A program made the position numbers and the translations under genes. The notes under the pieces were generated by a model that ran no database searches, was not told the DNA's origin, and was given only the letters and a program-made list of their open reading frames with translations. This document shows positions 11,610-20,023 of a DNA stretch of 26,109 nucleotides, piece by piece. The number at the start of each line of letters is the position of its first letter. Within the stretch, counting starts at the first letter, position 1. The stretch comes from Paraspadella gotoi (Eukaryota; Animalia; Chaetognatha): the NCBI GenBank assembly GCA_051294375.1, contig JBJCIZ010000861.1, positions 1 to 26,109 of the forward strand, written 5' to 3'.

Positions 11610-12454
11610 AACTTGGGTCTACACCCGAAGCTATAAAGACGTCCCGTCATAACAGCGTCAAAAACAATAACAAGACGGCGTCGGCGCGGCGGCGGCGCTC
11701 GATGAACCGAGAACGCCGCTTCGCCGACGCCGTCTGAAAATACAAAGTCCGATTACAAACTGGCTTAATTCGATCCAACGGCGGGGAGGGCCACGGGGGC
11801 CGAGCATAAGGGAATAGGGAGGATCAGGGCGTAACAAGTCAAAGAAGGATAAACGCGAATGGCAAGTGGCATAAAATGGAGAACTAATGGCAATGAGAAA
11901 ATTGGAACCCGAGGCTGATGGTGAGAGATTTCCGAAGAGAGAGGGCGAGTTCCGGAAGAGATTCGTAAAGACGAATTGTCAAAGTTGAAAAAGTATTGAA
12001 TGATATTGATAAGGTGATTTCTGAAGAAAAGCAAATGTCGACGAAACATTGTCTGTTGCTTTTTTTTTAATATAATCACAGCTTTCAGCGGAAAAAAAAG
12101 TTTGAGAAAAGACAATTAAATGCAAATTCGAACACCGACCCATTTACGGGCCAAAAAAGAAATCTCTAATTTCGAATATAATAATAAGCTCAAAAATAAA
12201 AAGATTGTAGGTTATGTTATTGTGGAGATCTTAACCCACCATATTCAATGAATGTATAATTTTTCTATTGCTTGTAGTCTTGTGCCAATTTCATAGTAAG
12301 TACAAGTGTGTTTTAACTTTTAAACTTTCTCGGCCAATATTTTGTTACGTATCCTTTCGCGAGTTGACTTTTCGTAATTCAGAAAAAAAATTTTCAACTT
12401 GAAATTCTGTGATTTACAAGCGAGACGTTAGTAGGGGCCGAGGCTATGGGATAA

Positions 12455-12489
<35 letters not shown>

Positions 12490-13229
12490 AAACATGGCGC
12501 GAAGTAAACAATCTGACAGCCAGGACAAATACTTTGAATATACGGCGGAGCACAATGACAACGCTGATGAAGATCAAAACTAGGACGTCCGGGAAGGACC
12601 TAAACAGTAAACACAATCGTGACGTCGTCAAACAAAACATAGTTGTCTCACATATTTTTTTTTATTCAACGCAAAAAGAATTAATTCAGAAACCGAAGCT
12701 TCGGCAACAACAACAACAACAATAACTACGACGACGACGACGATCATGAAGACGACGCGATGAAGAAAAATCGCAGAGAAGAGTTTTTTTTTTAAATTTT
12801 CCCTTTGAAAGTAAAATAGAGAAAAGGAGGAAGAAGAGAAGGTTCCGAGATTCGAGTGGAAGAATTGAAAGCCGAGAGGGAGAAAAAAAATGGCGTAACG
12901 CGATTAAGATTCGAGACGTCAAAACCCATTTGAAATATGTTTGTGAAAACTGGGAAAATAAAAGCCTTCAGTGAAAGAGAGGGAATCGGAGGGAGAAAGG
13001 CGAGAAAGGGAAGTGGGAGGATTGAAAAAAAGAAAAGGAGAGGAAAGTTGGTGAAAAGAAAGAAAAAGGTGACACGAAGACGGAGAAAAGAAATACCGAC
13101 AGAGGGAGAAAGCCTCTGTCATCATGGGGGAACGTAGCACAGAAAGTCACAAAACGGAAAAAAAAATTTTAAAAAAGGAATGGAAAAAAAAAGAAGAAAA
13201 AATCGAACAGTGGAAGAAGAAGCCGCAAA

Positions 13230-13238
13230 AGAGAGAAG

Positions 13239-13301
<63 letters not shown>
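13230..13301. repeat. (AG)n microsatellite
   Basis: AG tract. Confidence 0.95.
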
Positions 13302-13472
13302 AAAGAGCGAGAGTGAGAGCTTACGTCTTCTCAACTTGAGACCATAAGCGTTTTTCCCCTCTCCTTTTTTTCTGGGATTGCTTCTGCCTGAGCCTCAATA
13401 GTTACTTTTATGAAGGAGCATAAAAAAAGAGGAAAAGATAAAAGACGCCGGGATGAAAAGAGGAAGGGAGTA

Positions 13473-13527
<55 letters not shown>

Positions 13528-13624
13528 GAAAGAGGAGAGAGAATGCCAACAACGTGGAATCGTGAAACTTCAGCAAAATTCCCACTCACAAGAACAATGG
13601 GGAGAACAGAGAGAGAGAGAGAAA

Positions 13625-13660
<36 letters not shown>

Positions 13661-13743
13661 CAATGGCGATAGAACCGTCGGCCACGAGAAAGATAAAAAT
13701 GAAAGTAATTTTCTTTCCACGATGGTAACTGCGTCGGTCGGGG

Positions 13744-13799
<56 letters not shown>

Positions 13800-13896
13800 T
13801 TCTTTCTCCTCCCTACCATTCTTCTTTTCTCATTCCCTTCCATAAACCCAGGGCGAGTCGTCCTCGCTCGTGCAAAAATGAAGTGCGGTTTTCGAG

Positions 13897-14047
13897 TCTC
13901 AAAAGTCATTATGGTTTTTTTAAACTCAAAATTCTTTCTGTCAAAAATTGTTTGTCAAAATTAGGATCAGTCAAAATTCTGTCTTTCAAAAGATTGTCAG
14001 TCAAATTCTGTCAAAAAAATCTGATTTTCGAAACGTTGTCAAAAAAC
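13897..14047 (+). repeat. Dispersed array of (G/C/T)TCAAAA motifs, duplicated in A' at ~20117-20266
   Basis: About nine GTCAAAA/CTCAAAA-type units at irregular 10-28 bp spacing, several extended to GTCAAAATTC. Confidence 0.7.
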
Positions 14048-14590
14048 AGGACCGTTAATTCCAATGTGTTGCGTCGCAATGACATATTTTCATGTGTATT
14101 TCCATTTGATCACATGATATGACATGACATGACATGATTAAAAAACTTTATTTATGTCATGCGCTGCGTCAAAATTTTAGGTTTTTTTCTGTCTTAACCA
14201 ATATGAGAATTCAACTATAGGACACCGACCGAAAAGTGACTTATAGAGTTTCTCCGCGAGTACTGGCGGCGCAACTAAAACAAACAAAAAAATACTATCA
14301 TTAAAATCAAAGAAAAAATAAAAAATCAATGACAAATTTGGCAAATTAAGTCCCACCGCATTTAACGAGTCGAAAATGAACGTGTTGACGATATGGAAAA
14401 AGTCAGTTCAGTCAGAAAGTGCTGAAGCCTAACGCTTCTGCCACATCCATGTCAAAGGAAAAAAGATCCAGCCTGTCACCCTCGCTCACACCTCGGCTCG
14501 TCAGCCACGTGCTGGAAGACGTTACCGTCACATCCTGAAAAGGGGAGCAAAATAAGTAATTCGATCTTTTTCCATTTCAACGGAACTATG

Positions 14591-14623
14591 GAGATGGAAC
14601 CGAGATGGAACCGAGATGGAACC
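14591..14623 (+). repeat. (GAGATGGAACC)3 tandem repeat, duplicated in A'
   Basis: Three exact 11-bp units. Confidence 0.9.
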
Positions 14624-16368
14624 GCCATGATAATGGTGGGACTAACGAGCGGCGGCTCAACCGCGATTCTCGATCAGGATCAAAGCGAAGGTAGTCACGA
14701 AAAGTTATGATAATGGCCGGGCGTCCAATCGGCGGCGGTGGGTGGCGGATTGACGAGTGGAGTGTCGGCCGAAGTGGTTGATGGTTTTGGGAAGGTGGGA
14801 ATAGGGAAAGAATGACCAGACTGGAAATACCGAGACCGTGGACACTTTGTGGTCTAGGATGTGGGAAAAGGGGCGGAAGGAGTTAAAACAAATATTGTTA
14901 ATGTGAAAAAAAAACCGTTAATAAACGTCGCGATTAGAGAAAGTCCTATCAAAGAGTGAATGAGGAGATGAGTCTGAGACTCTGATGCGCTAAGAGGTAA
15001 GCATATGGAGTCGTAGCGCGGAGTGGTAGGTAGCAAATGGAGTCTCCGAGAGACGCCGAACGAGGATTGGCGAAATTTGTGAGATGAAAAGAAAGAATGA
15101 AAAGGTTGAGAAAAAGGAAATATGGAAGGGAAAGAAAATGAGAATAGGGAGGAGTAAAGGAATGGATGGATGAATAGAAATTAAGGAAAAGAAGGAAGAA
15201 GAAAAAAGAGGAGAAGAGAAAAGGAAGATGATCAATGGAAATGAATGAAAAGAGAAAAGATGGAAAAAGAGAATAAAAAATCAATAAAAACCTAAAATCT
15301 CATTGCGACTTAAATAATTGTTTTCTTTCTAATTTTACGATCTTTAATGAACACACATAACAATTTATACCGACTTCTCTTAATTTCTGACCTGTTCCGC
15401 CTAAGTGACTATCGTCGACGGAGGCTTGAATTTTTCATAAATGACCAATAGTTGACCTTACATAATTTCCATTACATCCGGGTTCTACTCGACACTTGCT
15501 CTCCGATTCCCTCTCGATTTCCGGCGGCATGACTCCCCGCCCTTTGAGTCTCTCGACCTTAAAATAATCTATCATGACCATAGATTATGGTATTAAAATA
15601 TTTTTTTTTCAAAAAGCTTTCTTCTGAGGGTACTCGCCTAATTAAAAATATTATATTACTATATAGTATAACGTTGAATATTTTCTTAAAATTTTTTGAT
15701 AGAGCATAAAAAGTTAAACAAGAAATATAATTACAGCTTTTAAAAATTCTTACGTTTTCTTACGTTTGAGCTTGTACTCACTCTAAATTTTTGACTCACC
15801 CCATTTGAGTGCGGCTACCCCTATTCTTATCGCGAGAAGAGTCATCGGCAATTTCCAAAACCATTTGTCTCGATTTTTCTTTGCTTCTTTCCTTCCTCTT
15901 CTCTGCAGCCTCCACGAACGAGACGGGTCCGAACGAAGAAGAAAAGAGCAAAAAAGAACAACAACAACAATGAAAAAGATGGGAATGAGCCAACAATGAC
16001 AAACAAGCCGACAACATGGATGCCCCAATAGTAATCGACCAGCCTACTCAGTCGTCCTCAAAGAGATGCTGAAGAGACAAAAGAAGTTCAACGACAACAA
16101 CAACATTGAAATAATAAAACCCCCTGTTGACCTAATTGACAGTTGGAGCTTCTTCTCCCGGCATCCTCGCTCTTCCTCCCGTCTCCGTGCTCCAACTGTC
16201 AATTGTACACTTATTATATTTATATTATACAGTATTTTATTTATTTTTGGTATTTTTCAAATTTGTGTAATTTTGGTATTTTTGCATGTTTAAAACCGGT
16301 TTTTTTATTTTAGTAGCATTACTATATTATTTATCAACATTCTGTTCAATCACACCATATATTATAAC

Positions 16369-16552
16369 AGGGGGGCATGGAGCCGCTCGAGTGAATCAAA
16401 TCTATTACAGAAATAATTCCTCCACTTATGGGATTCGAACATCGAACTCAAGCTCTGGACGACCTGAGTTACAACTCAGAGCCATCCAGACGGCCCTGAT
16501 TCCTCAGAGAATCTAAACCTATTTAAAATTTAAAACCAAAGACATCTTTTGG
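16369..16552 (+). mobile_element. Polypurine tract (16369-16375) and putative 3' LTR starting TG at 16378, paralogue 2
   Basis: AGGGGGG-CA-TG downstream of the pol tail. No partner LTR is visible, so the right boundary is uncertain. Confidence 0.5.
16385..16502 (-). ncRNA. Conserved structured element, paralogue 2 (unassigned family)
   Basis: Helices TCTGGATGGC/GTCGTCCAGA, GAGTT/AACTC, GCTTGAGT/ACTCGAGC and TTCGA/TCGAA co-vary with paralogue 1. Confidence 0.55.
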
Positions 16553-16577
16553 TGAACAGAGCAACTGTTTTAAGAAA

Positions 16578-16765
16578 AACAAAAGATTTCTAAATCGAGA
16601 TTTAAAGCTTTAAATGAAAACAAAATTGCTGAGAAATCAGGGCCGTCTGAGTGGCCCAGAGCTGTAGCTCGAGTCACTCAGAACTTGAGTTTGACGGTTC
16701 AAATCCAACCATGGATGATTATTTTTATAAAAGATCTGATTCGCTCAAGTGGCCGCATGCCCCCT
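16578..16765 (-). mobile_element. Polypurine tract (16760-16765) and putative 3' LTR starting TG at 16757, main element
   Basis: Minus strand ACAGGGGG-CA-TGCGGCC follows the pol 3' UTR. Confidence 0.5.
16635..16750 (+). ncRNA. Conserved structured element, paralogue 1 (unassigned family), with B-box-like GGTTCAAATCC at 16696-16706
   Basis: Helices TCTGAGTGGC/GTCACTCAGA, GAGCT/AGCTC, ACTTGAGT/GCTCAAGT, TTTGA/TCAAA, TCCA/TGGA and AATCAG/CTGATT. Confidence 0.55.
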
Positions 16766-16977
16766 GTTGTAATATATGGTTAAATATATTAAAAACAAAA
16801 ATGTTGTCGTCCATCTTGTGTGACTGAAAGTATGTTGATAATAAATATATAGTAATATATAAAGACCGGTTTAAAATGTGCAACGAAAAATAAAATTTCA
16901 CAAAATCTAAAATTGAAAAATTTCCAAAATAACAACAACAAAAATTTTACAAAATACAAAAAACACTATGGGTAACG

Positions 16978-19157
16978 ATGTAATATTGACAGTCGGAGCG
17001 AGGAGACGGGAGGAAGACCGAGGATGCTGGGACGAAGATGCTCTGACTGTCGATGAGGTCGACAGGGGGTTTTATTTTTGTTTTCTCGTCGTTGTTGTTG
17101 TAGTCATTCTGTATTTTTTGACGTCGAAGCATCTCCTTGAAGAACGACAAGTGTGGTTGATTCGTGATTGGCATCCTGCTAGAAAAGTTCTCTGGCGTTG
17201 GTTTTGAGAATCTTTTGATCGTTTGTTCGTTTTTTCCTTTTTCGTTGTTGTTGTTGTTGTGATTCTCTCTTCTCGCTCTTCTGGGAATTGACTCGTCTCG
17301 CGTGGAGGCTGAGCAGAGAGGGAGGGAGAAAAACGTAAAGGGGAGGAGAGTGGGTCGGGGGAAGGTGGGTGGTTGGAGTGAGAGGGGAAGGAGGAGGAGG
17401 AGGAGGAACCGGTTCGGGCGACGCTGCGCGTTGAATATTTGAACGAGTTGTCCGAGTTGTTTCTGCCGGCGTCCTCGTTCGTAGGCCGGGCTGGCGGCCT
17501 GCTGGGCGTCGCTGAGGATGTCCCTGATCAACCTCCAACGTCCTCGTCGGAAACCCACGCTGGTTTGACGTGGGCGATGTTTAGCGTTTCGTGGCCTTTA
17601 CTTGGGATTTTGATGGTGACATTAAGGCCGTTGCGAATCACTACATATAAGTGGAGGTTAACGCCTGCTCGCCTGACAAAAACATGTGAGCGGTGTCGGG
17701 AGATGGATAACGGGTTTTTGCATGAGCGGATGTCACCGTCGACTGGAGGTGTGCCACTTTGACTCTAAGATTCGAAAGTTGTTGTTGTTGTTGTAAGCTG
17801 CGTTGTCGAGTGAAAGTCATTGAAGATGCATCCGGGGACGCTAATGCCTTCCCCAAAGACCATGTCCGCCGCTGATGCGCCGATGTCTTCTTTTATCGTT
17901 GTTCTTATCGCTAGAAGAGTCATCGCAATTTCCAAAACCATTTGTCTCGATTTTTCTTTGCTAAGGCGATGAGCGATTCTTTGAGTTGCCTTGTGAAAGC
18001 TGATGCTTTATGATGCTTTATCCCCATTGTTTCATGATCAGTTGTCTCCACAAAGCAGAGTTGAATTGTGTTCCCCTGTCTGTAGTGATTACAGACGGGG
18101 TACGAATACATTATCCACTCGAGGCTCAAAAGCGTCTAAGATCGTTGAAGTGAGGTGTTGGGAATTGGTGGCAGCCGGCCATCTTAAGAAACAGTGGCAA
18201 TGTTCTTTTGCCCTCTGGCAATCTAGACAGTCCCTGTCCCCACTTTGAAACATCTTGACGCATGTTAATCCAAAAAATTTCCAGATTTTGCGCGGTCCAC
18301 GCCTGGGTGCCCTAATCCATGTATAACGTTGAATATTTTTCTTCGCCATGACGCCGGTACGAATAGACGGGCAGGTTCATTTGAAGGTCTGACCTTGCTT
18401 CTTCCGCGATTCTCTGGTAATCTGGGTCGAAGAACTTGTTTTGAGCCATTTGCTCGAAATTGGTTTCGAAACTAGTTAGCGATGCAATTACCGCCTGAGT
18501 GTCTTCGAGTCGATTTAGTTTTTATCAATTTTTCTTTCGAGTTTTCCAGATTTTTTGAATTCGCGTTTTCCATCGAGTCGTACTCCATTGCCGATGTAAA
18601 TTCTTTCTTTCCGCGTTGTCAGTGACGTTGTCGTCGTCATCGTCATCTGAGGTGTCATCATTGATATTGACGCTGCTGTAGCTGCCGCTGGCGCCACTGC
18701 TGCTGTTAGTGATGCTATTGCTACTGCTTTGCATCATTATCGACGTCACCGACGATGCTGGTGTTTGATGACGTTATTGACGGTTTCGTTGGCCGCCGAA
18801 TTTGACGTTGAGTTTTGGCGCAAGAGGGCGTGGCCACACGTTCGCTTACTTTTTTAAATAATGCACGTCAGCGATCACTGAGAGCTGATACGACTGACGA
18901 ACGGTCTGAGACTCTGCTTTCTTTTCGAATCGCCGTCACAAGAGTAAATGATCTACCCTTCAACCCAGTGCCTGAATTGGCGGACAGCTTTGAAGGCGCC
19001 GAAAAGTTCTTTATCGAACGGAGGCCATAAGCGTTGGTTTTTTGGCGAGCTTGGCCAAGAAAAGGCCAGAGGCTCCCATCCTTTGGCCTCTCTGCTCCAG
19101 CACTGCTCCAACGGCCAAATCTGAGGAAGTCCATTGTGATGCAACGTTTTGCTCCGG
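16978..19157 (-). pseudogene. pol: Ty3/Gypsy retrotransposon pol remnant (RNase H-like + integrase), copy in B
   Basis: Frameshifted segments GWEPLAF, QRLWPPFDKELFGAFKAVRQFRHWVEG, RLFVPASWRRKIFNVIHGLGHPGV, DRDCLDCQRAK, ITTDRGTQF and RQLKESLIALAKKNRDKWFWKL. Confidence 0.92.
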
Positions 19158-19540
19158 TTCTAGTAGGGAACCACTATGGTTTAATTTTTAAATATGGGGT
19201 ATCAGCAAAAATATTTTAGATGTTTTGACGGTTATATTTAACCATTAATTTTTTTAAAAAATTACGTAATACGTATGTGATTAGTACATCGAAAAATGGT
19301 TTGTCTCAGCCGAAAAAATTACACGTACAAAAGTGCTCTTCCTTCTCCTATAGAAAAAGAAATGTCTTTTTCCTCACTCTTTTATATAGAAATAAAAAGC
19401 TTAAATTATATCAATCAAATTGATATAAAAAAAGTTATTACTGTTAGTGGATATTCGCTGCTTAACTTTACAATCACATTGTAGGTGCTTGGTCGGTCCT
19501 GTCTGTTTGTCTGTCCCACTTATATTTTAAATACGAAAAC

Positions 19541-19565
19541 NNNNNNNNNNNNNNNNNNNNNNNNN
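19541..19565. other. Assembly gap, exactly 25 N, separating the two duplicated assemblies
   Basis: Run of 25 N. Confidence 1.
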
Positions 19566-19684
19566 CCCCCTCTCCTTTTTTCTGGGGGATTGCTTCTGCC
19601 TGAGCCTCAATAGTTACTTTATGAAGGAGCATAAAAAAAGAGGAAAAGATAAAAGACGCCGGGGATGAAAAGAGGAAGGGAGTA

Positions 19685-19723
<39 letters not shown>

Positions 19724-19824
19724 AGAGGAAAGAGAGAGAGAATGCCAACAACGTGGAATCGTGAAACTTCAGCAAAATTCCCACTCACAAGAAACAATGG
19801 GGAGAACAGAGAGAGAGAGAGAAA

Positions 19825-19860
<36 letters not shown>

Positions 19861-19942
19861 CAATGGCGATAGAACCGTCGGCCACGAGAAAGATAAAAAT
19901 GAAAGTAATTTTCTTTCCACGATGGTAACTGCGTCGTCGGGG

Positions 19943-20023
<81 letters not shown>

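Larger units (their letters stand above)
13356..15733 (+). repeat. Block A, copy 1 of a ~2.4 kb direct duplication
   Basis: Near-identical to 19566-21953 from CCCCTCTCCTTTTTTTCTGGG to CAAGAAATATAATTA. Differences are mostly 1-bp indels and microsatellite length. Confidence 0.97.
15886..16552 (+). mobile_element. 3' fragment of a second, diverged Gypsy-family element (pol tail, 3' UTR, PPT, putative LTR)
   Basis: Collinear homology to the 3' end of the main element (VVLKEMLKRQK, PPVDLIDS, HPRSSSRLRAPTVN, AAACCGGT, CCATATATTA, ACAGGGGGGCATG) in the opposite orientation. Confidence 0.75.
15734..19540 (-). repeat. Block B, left arm of a ~3.8 kb inverted duplication
   Basis: Reverse complement of 22298-26109: CAGCTTTTAAAAATTC at 15734 matches the window end, and AAATACGAAAAC at 19540 matches 22298. 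Confidence 0.97.

Noticed and set aside
12493-12582. Short ORF MARSKQ.. with good start context, resembling the histone H3 N-terminus
   Set aside because: Similarity ends after six residues and the frame stops after 29 codons.
236-13964. Numerous ORFs rich in SL, ER, F or K, or spanning N-runs
   Set aside because: They are translations of microsatellites, homopolymers or gaps, with no recognisable domain.
14591-14623. CRISPR-like repeat
   Set aside because: Contiguous 11-bp units without spacers in a eukaryotic context, so a minisatellite.
15732-15802. Tc1/mariner end (TA|CAG at the breakpoint and a TTTTGACTCACCC motif)
   Set aside because: No matching inverted terminus at the other end of the segment (21954) and no transposase.
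16543-16562. Primer-binding site (CA-TCTTT-TGGTGAACAGAGC) after the putative LTR
   Set aside because: Only TGGTG resembles a PBS. The rest matches no tRNA 3' end I recognise, and a PBS is not expected after a 3' LTR.
16641-16715. Bona fide tRNA gene (GTA loop plus GGTTCRAATCC)
   Set aside because: No D-arm, no 5-bp T-stem and no acceptor stem in the correct positions.
16635-16750. HDV-like or hammerhead ribozyme assignment for the structured module
   Set aside because: The GGCCGTC start and CTGATT before the last helix recall HDV, but there is no P3-L3 (UCCUCG) segment and the would-be catalytic C is T in paralogue 2. No CUGANGA/GAAA hammerhead core is evident on either strand.
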